NCBI GenBank assembly: GCA_900234795.1
Contig: LT962688.1
Location: 2,040,001-2,072,000, forward strand
Source: Methylorubrum extorquens
GTDB lineage: Bacteria; Pseudomonadota; Alphaproteobacteria; Rhizobiales; Beijerinckiaceae
Length of the DNA stretch: 32,000 nucleotides
Direction of reading: 5' to 3'
In this document: positions 1 to 8,334 of the stretch, piece by piece
Layout: every line of letters starts with the position of its first letter
Numbering within the stretch: position 1 is the first letter of the stretch
The notes under the pieces: model-generated
Database searches by the model: none
What the model saw: the letters and a program-made list of their open reading frames with translations, nothing else
What the model was told of the DNA's origin: nothing
Position numbers and translations under genes: made by a program

Positions 1-272
1 TGCGGCAGATCCTTGTGGAGAAGTGGCTCGCCGCCGGCGATCACGACCACCGGTGCACCGCACTCGCGCACGGATTCGAGCGCCTCGTCCACCGGCAGGC
101 GCTTGTTCAGGATCTCGTCGGGGTAATCGATCTTCCCGCAGCCGGCGCAAGCGAGATTGCAGCGGAACAGCGGCTCCATCATCATGACGAGCGGGTAGCG
201 CTTCCGCCCCGTGATGTGCTGCTTGAGGATGTAACCGCCGATCTTCGCGACGTACCGTATGGGGATTCCCAA
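1..272 (-). CDS. hpnH: Adenosylhopane synthase HpnH, radical SAM; N-terminal ~90 codons, gene continues past the window start
   Basis: Absent from the ORF track because it is open at the edge. Reverse-strand translation from TTG (272-270) gives LGIPIRYVAKIGGYILKQHITGRKRYPLVMMMEPLFRCNLACAGCGKIDYPDEILNKRLPVDEALESVRECGAPVVVIAGGEPLLHKDLP. It carries the CxxxCxxC radical-SAM motif (CNLACAGC) in the N-terminal context I recognise from HpnH. AAGGAG (285-280) lies 7 nt upstream of the TTG. Confidence 0.85.
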   Translation of the reverse strand, partial: MGIPIRYVAKIGGYILKQHITGRKRYPLVMMMEPLFRCNLACAGCGKIDYPDEILNKRLPVDEALESVRECGAPVVVIAGGEPLLHKDLP

Positions 273-1019
273 GACGCGGCTCCTTGGATGCGCGGGTTCC
301 GGACTTAGCCGGGCTGCTTAGCGTGAGAAGGACAGAAGTTCCAGCGCATTAGGCTGGAACTGTTCCGAGAGGGCGCGCTTTGAGCGCGATTTCGAGAAAG
401 TGTGTCGTGCCGGTCTCGCGGCCGAACTGCGGCTTCGGAGATGAAGCCGGTGGTCGCGCGATCCGAACCGGGAATGATCGTCTGATTTCCGCATTCTGCG
501 GCAGATTTTTGACCGTTCCTCTGCACGGACAGGCCGCAAGGGGCGAAACGGGGCGAAACACGTTCACGATTTCTCGCACGATGTCCCGTGCGGCGTCCGC
601 TACCCCGTCATGAAGCCGACATCGTTCGGAATGCTTGTGCGAAGCGATATCGTCGCGCAATCCGGTTGCAGTGCGCAATCGCACCGCCGCCGCCGGATCG
701 GACCGGTTTGCCGGGCCGCGTTGCATTCCCCCGCTGGGACAAGTAGGTAGCGCGCCAACGACACGAATGATCGGCGTGGAGTCTTTATCGAGCTCTTCGC
801 GCGGTCCGTGTTCGACGGGCAGGGTCCGCCGGCCGTCGGCGCCCCTCCCGGTTTCTCGCTCGCGAGGGCCACGTCCCGCGGGCCAAGACGAGGATCGATT
901 CGGCGCGTCGCCGCCTGCTGAGGACGCCGCGTCCTGTGTCGCGGGGAGGACGGGACTTCGGCGTCCCGGCCCGTCGTCACGCGGGGACAGGCCGGATCGT
1001 TAGGCAGACAGGGTTTTAC

Positions 1020-3668
1020 GTGATCGAACGTCTCGTCGCGTTTTCCGTCAGGCGCCGCTGGCTGGTACTGGTGGCTGCGGCGCTCCTTACGGTCGCGGGC
1101 GTGGGCGCGGCCGCGCACCTGTTCCGCATCAACACCGATGTCGAGCGGCTGATCGAGCCGAGCGTCTCCTGGCGCAAGGACGAGATCGCCTTCGAGAAGG
1201 CGTTCCCGCAACGCACGAATCTCGTGGCCGCGGTGATCGACGGCGAGACGCCGGAGATCGCCGAGGAGGCCGCCGCACGTTTCGCCGAGGCGCTCAAGGC
1301 GCACCGCTCCGAGATCGAGACGGTGTACCGGCCCGATGGCGGCCCGTTCTTCGACCGCAACGGCCTCCTGCTGATGTCGCAGGAGGAGTTGGAGCAGACC
1401 ACCCAGCGCCTGATCGAGCAGCAGGGCCTTCTCGGGCCGCTGGCGGCCGACCCGTCGCTGCGCGGCGTGATGCGGGTGCTCTCCCTCGGCGTGAAGGGCG
1501 TGAAGAGCGGCGACGCCAAGCTCGAAGACCTCGCCCAGCCGATGGAGCAGATCGACGGGACCCTGCGCAAGGTGCTCGACGGGCAGCGCGCCCGCATGTC
1601 GTGGCAGACCCTGCTCGCGGGCGGGCGCAGCGAGACCACGGACACCCGCAAGTTCGTGATGATCCAGCCGGTGCTCGACTACAACGCCCTGGAGCCGGGC
1701 CGCGAGGCGACCAAGCTGATCCGGCGCCTAGCCGCCGAGCAGAACATCGACGCGGCGCACGGCCTGCGCATCCGCCTGACCGGGCCGGTGGCGGTGGCCG
1801 ACGACGAGTTCGCCACGCTCGCCGACGACGCCTTCCTCAACTACTCGCTGACGACCGCCGCCATCGTCCTGTTCCTGTGGCTGGCTTTGCGCTCCGGACC
1901 CCTCGTGATCTCGGTTCTGATCACGACCTTCGCGGGTCTCGTCGTGACGGCCGCCCTCGGGCTCATCATGGTGGGCGAGCTGAACCCGATCTCGGTGGCC
2001 TTCGCCGCCCTGTTCGTGGGGCTCGGCATTGATTTCGGCATCCAGTTCGCCGTCCGCTACCGGGCCGACCGCTACGAACTCGGCAGCGTCGATGCGGCGT
2101 TGCGCGGTGCGGCGCGCGGCGTCGGCTGGTCGCTGACGCTCGCGGCGGTCTCGCTGCTCGCCGGCTTCTTCGCCTTCCTGCCCACGCAGTTCCGCGGCGT
2201 GTCCGAACTCGGCCTCATCGCCGGCGTCGGCATGATCGTGGCCTACCTGTTCTCGCTCACCCTGCTTCCGGCCCTGATCGCGGTGTTCAACCCGCGCGGC
2301 GAGAAGCGGGCGGTCGAGACGACGTGGATGGCGGGCGTCGACCACTGGATCATCGAGCACCGCAAGTGGGTGCTGATCTTTGTGGGCGTTATCACGGTCG
2401 CCGGCATCCCGCTGCTCTTGAAGCTGCCCTTCGATTCCAACCCGATGCATCTTCGCAGCCCGAAGGTGGAATCGATCGCGACCTATCTCGACCTGATCAA
2501 GGACCCGGCCACCAGCCCGAACTCGATCGATGTGCTGGCCCCGAACGTCGATGCGGTCCCTGCCCTCTCCAAGCGCTTGGAGGGGCTCGACGCGGTCGCC
2601 AAGGTGATCTCGATCGACACTTTCGTGCCGCGCGATCAGGATCAGAAGCTCGCCACGATCCAGGAGACGGCGCAGCTCCTTGCCCCGGCCCTCAACCCGG
2701 CGCGCAAGCCGCCGCCGCCGACGGATGCGGAGAACGTCAAGGCGCTCAAGGAAACGGCCGCGGCGCTGAAGACCATCGCCAACGGCGATTCGGCCGGCGC
2801 CAAGGCCGCGGACCGCCTGTCGGGCACCCTCGACACCCTCGCCGCTGCCCCGGCGGAGAAGCGCGAGGCCGCCAGCGTCGCGCTGACCACCGATCTGAAG
2901 ACCCTGATGAGCCGCCTGTCCGGGCTGCTCGATCCGAAGAAGATCACCCTCGACAACCTGCCCAAGCCGCTGAAGGCCGAGTGGGTGACGAGCGACGGCC
3001 GCGCCCGCATCGAGGTCCACCCGAAGGGCGACTCGAACGACGACGAGGTGCTGCGCCGCTTCGCCAAGGAGGTGCAGACGGTCGATCCCCACGCCACGGG
3101 CGCGCCGATCGCCACGACCGAGTCGAGCTACACCATCCTCGGCGCCTTCGTGCAGGCGGGTCTGACAGCGCTCGCGCTGATCTTCATCCTGCTCTCGGTC
3201 GCGCTGCGCAAACCCTGGGACGTGGCGATGACGCTCGGCCCGCTGGTGCTGGCGACTCTGTGGACGCTGATGGCGCTCAAGGTCATCGGCATGCCGCTGA
3301 ACTTCGCCAACATCATCGCCCTGCCGCTGATGCTGGCGGTGGGTGTGGCCTTCCACATCTACTACGTGATCGCGTGGCGCGCCGGCGTCGTCGACATGCT
3401 GGCCTCCAGCCTGACGCGGGCGATCTTCTTCTCCGCGCTGACCACGGGCACCGCCTTCGGTTCGCTGATGCTGTCGAGCCATCCCGGCACCGCCAGCATG
3501 GGCGAGCTGCTCGCGCTGTCGCTGTTCTTCACGCTGATCGCGGCCTTCTTCGTGGTCCCGGCCTTCCTCGGGCCGCCGCCGAAGCAGCCGGATGCCGAGC
3601 GCCCCGAGGGCAAGGAAGCCGGCCGCCCGCCGGGCACGGTCGCTCGCGAGCACGCGACGGTGAAGTAG
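1020..3668 (+). CDS. hpnN: Hopanoid transporter HpnN (RND/MMPL superfamily, sterol-sensing-domain type)
   Basis: Track ORF 936..3668. It has two blocks of about six hydrophobic helices separated by large soluble domains, which is RND topology, and it sits in an hpn cluster. I moved the start to in-frame GTG 1020 (VIERLVAFSVRRRWLVLVAAALL, basic stretch then first TM). The 28 codons upstream are Arg/Gly-rich and look non-coding. Exact start is uncertain. Confidence 0.88.
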   Translation: MIERLVAFSVRRRWLVLVAAALLTVAGVGAAAHLFRINTDVERLIEPSVSWRKDEIAFEKAFPQRTNLVAAVIDGETPEIAEEAAARFAEALKAHRSEIETVYRPDGGPFFDRNGLLLMSQEELEQTTQRLIEQQGLLGPLAADPSLRGVMRVLSLGVKGVKSGDAKLEDLAQPMEQIDGTLRKVLDGQRARMSWQTLLAGGRSETTDTRKFVMIQPVLDYNALEPGREATKLIRRLAAEQNIDAAHGLRIRLTGPVAVADDEFATLADDAFLNYSLTTAAIVLFLWLALRSGPLVISVLITTFAGLVVTAALGLIMVGELNPISVAFAALFVGLGIDFGIQFAVRYRADRYELGSVDAALRGAARGVGWSLTLAAVSLLAGFFAFLPTQFRGVSELGLIAGVGMIVAYLFSLTLLPALIAVFNPRGEKRAVETTWMAGVDHWIIEHRKWVLIFVGVITVAGIPLLLKLPFDSNPMHLRSPKVESIATYLDLIKDPATSPNSIDVLAPNVDAVPALSKRLEGLDAVAKVISIDTFVPRDQDQKLATIQETAQLLAPALNPARKPPPPTDAENVKALKETAAALKTIANGDSAGAKAADRLSGTLDTLAAAPAEKREAASVALTTDLKTLMSRLSGLLDPKKITLDNLPKPLKAEWVTSDGRARIEVHPKGDSNDDEVLRRFAKEVQTVDPHATGAPIATTESSYTILGAFVQAGLTALALIFILLSVALRKPWDVAMTLGPLVLATLWTLMALKVIGMPLNFANIIALPLMLAVGVAFHIYYVIAWRAGVVDMLASSLTRAIFFSALTTGTAFGSLMLSSHPGTASMGELLALSLFFTLIAAFFVVPAFLGPPPKQPDAERPEGKEAGRPPGTVAREHATVK

Positions 3669-3697
3669 CCGGACCCGTCTGGTTGGCGGTTCGGCGT

Positions 3698-3805
3698 CAT
3701 ACCAAATCCGTTTGACCCCTTCGGGATGGCGGATTTGGGCTTCGCTCAAGCGCCGCGCGGGCTGACCGATACGGTTCCCGCTTTGATCAAGCGGAAACCG
3801 TATCA
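3698..3805 (-). repeat. Structured intergenic repeat, copy A (two stem-loops; second copy at 30012-30119)
   Basis: Hand alignment to the reverse complement of 30012-30119 gives about 91/108 identical positions. Stem 1 is CCAAATCCG (3702-3710) with CGGATTTGG (3730-3738). Stem 2 is 3768-3782 with 3790-3804 (15 bp). The strand call is the strand on which stem 2 pairs fully once G-U is allowed. The element overlaps the TGA stop (3805-3803) of the minus-strand gene 3803..4306. Confidence 0.8.
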
Positions 3806-4306
3806 GTCGCCCGCCAACCGGGCCTGGATCGCCTCCAGGATCCAGGCCTCGCGGGTCTTGCCCGCCTTGGCGGCGGCGGCATCGATCTGCAGCGACAAAG
3901 CCGGCTTGACCGGCAGGCTCAGGATGAATGCGGTCTCGCCCTCGTTCGGGCCGGGGGGATCGTAAACGAGGCTCGTCAGCGCCGAGGCGAAGCGCCGGAC
4001 CGCCTCGCGCTGGCGGTTGAGCGTCAGGCTCTCGTCCCGGGCGACGAGCGGGCAGTACGCGGCGACCGCGCGATCGACGATGACCGTCCGCGGCACGCCC
4101 TGGGCCCTGAGACGCTGTATGGCGGATGCCAGCGCCGTGCCCGCCTTCGTCTCGGGTTGCGGCGAGACGATCGCTTGGGTGAGGACGGCGTCGGCCTCCG
4201 GGTGCGGCGCTGACGGTGGGCCGCAATCCAGCCCGGCGGCCGAGGCGGCTGTGCCCGCCAAGCCCGCTGCGACGGCAAGGGAAACGAGGGCGGCGCGTCG
4301 TCTCAT
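3803..4306 (-). CDS. Hypothetical exported protein (signal peptide, no recognised family)
   Basis: Track ORF 3803..4408. I moved the start to ATG 4306 (MRRRAALVSLAVAAGLAGTAASAAG, a typical Sec signal), with GAGGAA 9 nt upstream. High GC3 coding pattern. No domain recognised. Confidence 0.6.
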   Translation of the reverse strand: MRRRAALVSLAVAAGLAGTAASAAGLDCGPPSAPHPEADAVLTQAIVSPQPETKAGTALASAIQRLRAQGVPRTVIVDRAVAAYCPLVARDESLTLNRQREAVRRFASALTSLVYDPPGPNEGETAFILSLPVKPALSLQIDAAAAKAGKTREAWILEAIQARLAGD

Positions 4307-4500
4307 GGATCGGCGTTCCTCACGGCTTCGAAGCGGTTTTCGCGGGGCCCTTCCTCGCGGTTCCGGGCCGTCCGCGGGCTTCAGCTCTATTCGGAGGATG
4401 CTCTCCAACCCATCGACCGGCGTTGATTTCGATCAGCGCTGAAGCACCGTCGCGCTTGAACCGGCCCCCGTGAGCCGGGGCGGCTGCGCGCAGCGGATGC

Positions 4501-5343
4501 CTAAGGCAGGAAATCCGAGAAGCCGCCCAGGATTGCTCCACCCCCCACGACAGCCTCCCGCGCCTGCGGCGCGATCAGCGCATCCCGCTCGGCGGCATAT
4601 TGGTACCCAGGGGCCTCGCCGGGGAAGCCACCTGTGGTCGCCGGGTGGGTGTAGAGTTCGGTGAGCCCGTCCGGCAAGTGGCGCAGCAGGGCGGTGACGC
4701 GCTCCGGGGTCATCGCGCCGGACCACGCAAGGCCGAGGGTCCGGGTCGGGATCAGCAGGCCGGCCTGCCGGGCGCGCACGGCGAGGAGGGCCGCCCACGG
4801 TGCCGTGTCGAGAGCGGGCTTGGCCTGGAAGCCGGGCTCCGCGCGCCGCAGCAGATCGCGCGGCTCGCGCGGCACCCGCAGTGCCCGCATCCCGTAATCG
4901 CGGCCGATCCGCAGCACCATTCCGGCGATGAGCGGGTGGATGTGGAAATGCTTGTGCGCGTTGACGTGATCGAGCGGCAGGCCGGTTGCACGAAACGCCT
5001 CGAATTGCGCCCGGATTTCGGCGGCGAGTTGCCGCCGGGCGCTCGCCTTGAGGGCAAGGTCGAGGCCGAGCCGCTCCATGTCGCGCCGCATCAGCCCTTG
5101 CGCGTCCGTCAGGTCAGGAAGCTCGGCGGGCGGCAGGGTCGGCCAGGCCTCGACCAGCACGAGGTGCAGCCCGACCCGCAGGGACGGCGTGCGCCGCGCG
5201 CGGGCGACGGCGTCGGCGGCGCCGGGCGCGGAGACCATCAGGCTCGCGGCGGTGAGGATGCCGTCGCGATGGGCCTGCTCGACGGCCTCGTTGACCTCGC
5301 GGCTCAGGCCGAAATCGTCGGCGGTGACGACCAGTCGCTTCAA
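4501..5343 (-). CDS. hpnK: HpnK, YdjC-like deacetylase of the hopanoid cyclitol-ether pathway
   Basis: Track ORF 4501..5451. The conserved YdjC/HpnK N-terminus KRLVVTADDFGLSREVNEAV begins directly at TTG 5343. The 36 codons upstream (GTG 5451) are occupied by a perfect 14-bp hairpin, so they are more likely intercistronic. The alternative start 5451 is not excluded. Confidence 0.82.
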   Translation of the reverse strand: MKRLVVTADDFGLSREVNEAVEQAHRDGILTAASLMVSAPGAADAVARARRTPSLRVGLHLVLVEAWPTLPPAELPDLTDAQGLMRRDMERLGLDLALKASARRQLAAEIRAQFEAFRATGLPLDHVNAHKHFHIHPLIAGMVLRIGRDYGMRALRVPREPRDLLRRAEPGFQAKPALDTAPWAALLAVRARQAGLLIPTRTLGLAWSGAMTPERVTALLRHLPDGLTELYTHPATTGGFPGEAPGYQYAAERDALIAPQAREAVVGGGAILGGFSDFLP

Positions 5344-5410
5344 GCTCTGCCCCTGTCTCGGGTGTCGAGAGGGCAAGCCCCCTCGCGGATCCAGGGCCGA
5401 GCCCTGGAAG

Positions 5411-5444
5411 CAGGAAAGGCCGGGCGGGTGCCCGGCCTTTCCTG
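5411..5444 (-). promoter_or_regulatory. Perfect 14-bp GC-rich stem-loop between hpnJ and hpnK
   Basis: CAGGAAAGGCCGGG (5411-5424), loop CGGGTG, CCCGGCCTTTCCTG (5431-5444). It begins 29 nt after the hpnJ stop. There is no U-tract on the transcribed (minus) strand, so I do not call it a canonical intrinsic terminator. Confidence 0.6.
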
Positions 5445-5472
5445 TTTGCACGATGGAGCCGGCGGCTCAGCG

Positions 5473-6897
5473 TTACGCGGCGGCCTTGCGGTCCCGGAGG
5501 AAGTGCCAGAACTCGACGCCCTCGCGCAGGCGGCGCTTCATCATCTCGGGCGAGCGGACCATCTCGTTGACGATCGAGGCGATCTTCGGGGCGCGGAAGT
5601 AGAACTTCCGGTAGAACTCCTCAACCGCGGAGAAGATCTCCGAGTGCGACAGGTGCGGGTAGTGCAGCGGCGCGATCTGCACGCCGTTCTCGTCCACGAG
5701 CTCGGCGTTCTCGACGTCGAGCCAGCCGTTCTCCACCGCCTGCTTGTAGAGGAAGGTGCCCGGGTAGGGCGCCGCCAGCGAGACCTGGATCGTGTGCGGG
5801 TTGATGCGCTTGGCGAAGGCGATCGTCTCCTGGATCGTCTCCTTCGTCTCGCCCGGCAGGCCGACGATGAAGGTGCCGTGGATGGCGATGCCGAGTTCGT
5901 GGCAGTTCTTGGTGAACTTCTCCGCGACTTCGACGCGCATGCCCTTCTTGATGTTGTTCAGGATCTGCTGGTTGCCGGACTCGTAGCCGACGAGCAGCAG
6001 GCGCAGGCCGTTGTCCTTGAGAACCTTCAGGGTCTCGTAGGGCACGTTGGCCTTGGCGTTGCAGGACCACGTCACGCCGAGCTTGCCCAGCTCGCGGGCG
6101 ATCTCTTCCGCGCGCGGCAGGTTATCGGTGAAGGTGTCGTCGTCGAAGAAGAACTCCTTCGTCTGAGGGAACTCCTTCAGGCAATACTTGATCTCTTCGA
6201 TGACGTGCGCGACCGAGCGGGTGCGGTAGGTGTGCCCGCCGACGGTCTGCGGCCAGAGGCAGAAGGTGCAACGGCTCTTGCAGCCACGGCCCGAGTAGAA
6301 CGAGATGTAGGGGTGCTTGAGGTACCCGATGAAGTACTTTTCCATCTCGAGGTCGCGCTTGTACACGCTCGTGACGAAGGGAAGCTGGTCCATGTCCGTC
6401 ATGATCTCGCGGTCCTCGTTATGGACCACGACGCCGTTGGCATCACGATAGGACAGACCCTTGATCTCCGACATCGGCACGCCGTCGGCGACTTCCTTGA
6501 CGGTGAAGTCGAACTCGTTGCGGGCGCAGAAATCGATGCACGGGGCCTGGGCCATGGAGCCGGCGGCATCCACCGCGACCTTGGCGCCGATCAGGCCGGC
6601 GATCAGCCGCGGGTTGGCCGCCTTGAGCGCCTCGACGGTCTTCACGTCGGACTTGAAGGACGGGACCGAGGTGTGGAGCACCACGAGGTCGAAGTCGTTG
6701 GCCTGGGCCACGATCTCTTCGAGCTTGATGTTGTGCGGCGGTGCGTCGATCAGCTTCGAGTTCGGCACCAGAGCCGCCGGCTGGGCCAGCCAGGTCGGGT
6801 ACCAGAACGACTTGATCTCGCGCTTGGCCTGGTAGCGCGAGCCGGCGCCGCCATCGAAGCCGTCGAAGGTGGGGGCCTGCAGGAAGAGCGTGCGCAT
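5473..6897 (-). CDS. hpnJ: HpnJ, B12-binding-domain radical SAM enzyme (BHT-glucosamine to BHT cyclitol ether)
   Basis: Track ORF 5473..6906 (TTG). ATG at 6897 gives MRTLFLQAPTFDGFDGGAGSRYQAKREIKSFWYPTWLAQPAAL, the conserved HpnJ N-terminus. The radical-SAM cysteine motif is GCKSRCTFC. Flanked by hpnI and hpnK. Confidence 0.92.
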   Translation of the reverse strand: MRTLFLQAPTFDGFDGGAGSRYQAKREIKSFWYPTWLAQPAALVPNSKLIDAPPHNIKLEEIVAQANDFDLVVLHTSVPSFKSDVKTVEALKAANPRLIAGLIGAKVAVDAAGSMAQAPCIDFCARNEFDFTVKEVADGVPMSEIKGLSYRDANGVVVHNEDREIMTDMDQLPFVTSVYKRDLEMEKYFIGYLKHPYISFYSGRGCKSRCTFCLWPQTVGGHTYRTRSVAHVIEEIKYCLKEFPQTKEFFFDDDTFTDNLPRAEEIARELGKLGVTWSCNAKANVPYETLKVLKDNGLRLLLVGYESGNQQILNNIKKGMRVEVAEKFTKNCHELGIAIHGTFIVGLPGETKETIQETIAFAKRINPHTIQVSLAAPYPGTFLYKQAVENGWLDVENAELVDENGVQIAPLHYPHLSHSEIFSAVEEFYRKFYFRAPKIASIVNEMVRSPEMMKRRLREGVEFWHFLRDRKAAA

Positions 6898-6954
6898 GGG
6901 GTTCAAGGCCTCAAGGCTCGAGCGTTGATCTGTAAAGGGCGAATGGTTTGAAGC

Positions 6955-8151
6955 TTAGACCGAAGTCGCGCGTGACTCGCGACCGAGGCCGTGCTCCGGA
7001 ATCAGCGTACCGTCCGCAACCACACGGTAATCGTGACCTTTCCATGTCACCGCACCCGAGACGAAGCTCCAAGTGAAGTTGATGAAGGACAGCATGTCAC
7101 GTATCGGCAACAGCCAGTAGGCGTGGGGGGAGAGCCCGAAGGCCCGCTCGATGCGCAGGCACAGCAGGATGCGGCAGGTAAGGGCCAGGGCGGCGACCGC
7201 GAGTGCGCCGGAGCCGGCGCCGGGCATCAGCGCGGCGAGCAGCGCCAGCGGGAAGGCGTGGGTCACGACCGATCCGGCATAGCCCTTCGGATCGACGTTG
7301 CGGATGGTGCGGTTCCAGCGCAGCTCGTGCCGCCACAGTCCGGACAGCTCGGTATCGACGCAGGCATGCCCGATGGTGAGGGCGGGAATCGCCACCGTGC
7401 CGCCCTCGGCGCGCAGGGCTTCGCCGATCGCGTAATCGTCGGCCAGATCATCCTTGAACGCGCGGAAGCCGCCGATGCGGGCCAGCGATTCGGCCGTCAT
7501 CGCGATGGTCGAGCCGAAGCAGGGCCGGGCGAGATCGAAGGTGGTGCCGAGGATGACGTTGGGCACGAACTGCACGTCGATGGCGAGCGCCGCGAGTTGA
7601 GCGCACAGGCCCCGGTCGCCCGGCACGCCGTGATAGAGGCAGGTCACGCCGGAAATGCCGGGCTGCGACAGGGCGGCGGCGACGCGCTCGAGATAATCGG
7701 GCTTCACCGACATGTCGCTGTCGGCCAGCACCACGACGGCGTGGGCGATCCGCTCCGACATGTTGATGAGGTTGGAGACCTTGCGGTTCGAGCCGTGCTG
7801 GCTCGGATCCACCACGAGGTCGAGGCGCAGGGCGGGATGGGCTTCACGCAGGCGCTGCACCACGGCAATCGCCGGGTCGGCCGCGTTCTGGACGCCGAAC
7901 ACGATCTGCACCGGGCCGGCATAGTCCTGACGGCAGAAGCTTTCGAGGTTCTCGAAGAGGTCCGGCTCCAGGCCGCAGAGGGGCTTGAGAATCGTCACGC
8001 CGGGGCGCGGCGCATCGGCCGCGAGCGCGGGCGACGGCCGCGCGGCGAAACGGTCGACGAGCCAGGCCGCGAGCAGGGCATAGACGCAACCGGCGAGCGC
8101 CATCAGCAATAGCACAGATGCGATCCAGGCCGGCAGCTCGTTCAGATCCAT
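6955..8151 (-). CDS. hpnI: HpnI, family-2 glycosyltransferase (BHT N-acetylglucosaminyl transferase)
   Basis: Track ORF 6955..8232. I moved the start to ATG 8151 (MDLNELPAWIASVLLLMALAGCVYALLAAWL, an N-terminal TM). GT2 features include GVTILKPLCG and LADSDM (a DxD-like motif). Synteny with hpnJ and hpnK supports the call. Confidence 0.85.
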   Translation of the reverse strand: MDLNELPAWIASVLLLMALAGCVYALLAAWLVDRFAARPSPALAADAPRPGVTILKPLCGLEPDLFENLESFCRQDYAGPVQIVFGVQNAADPAIAVVQRLREAHPALRLDLVVDPSQHGSNRKVSNLINMSERIAHAVVVLADSDMSVKPDYLERVAAALSQPGISGVTCLYHGVPGDRGLCAQLAALAIDVQFVPNVILGTTFDLARPCFGSTIAMTAESLARIGGFRAFKDDLADDYAIGEALRAEGGTVAIPALTIGHACVDTELSGLWRHELRWNRTIRNVDPKGYAGSVVTHAFPLALLAALMPGAGSGALAVAALALTCRILLCLRIERAFGLSPHAYWLLPIRDMLSFINFTWSFVSGAVTWKGHDYRVVADGTLIPEHGLGRESRATSV

Positions 8152-8334
8152 GGCGCGGCGTTGCTCGCTGCTGTCTTGGGGCGGGGCCGCGGGCGGCGGT
8201 CTGAAGACGGTGAAGCCTGGACGCCGCCCCAAACGGGTCGCGGTCGGCTCCAGGCCTTGTCGGTGGTCTCGTTCCTGCCGAATCGATGGTTGGTTCGGCC
8301 CGGCGGAGCGCTTCTCAATCCCTGGTCTCTGGCC

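Noticed and set aside
540-559. Tandem GGGGCGAAAC x2, considered as a CRISPR or minisatellite seed
   Set aside because: There are only two adjacent copies with no spacers. It is noted only as a possible binding site within the intergenic-region finding.
305-1304. Track ORFs in the hpnH-hpnN spacer (305..526-, 318..539-, 349..726-, 380..613+, 635..1003+, 600..1304-)
   Set aside because: They overlap one another in several frames. They are Arg/Ser/Pro-rich, and I found no SD-like sequence or recognisable domain. I treat the region as non-coding.
1728-4226. 832-aa minus-strand ORF, the longest in the left part of the track
   Set aside because: It is antisense to hpnN. Its composition is dominated by Arg, Gly, Asp and Pro with no motifs. 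It runs through the intergenic repeat and into the neighbouring gene. This is the typical stop-codon-poor antisense frame of a high-GC genome.
4600-6951. 783-aa plus-strand ORF
   Set aside because: It is antisense to the clearly recognisable hpnK and hpnJ. It has low-complexity Arg/Gly/Leu/Asp composition.
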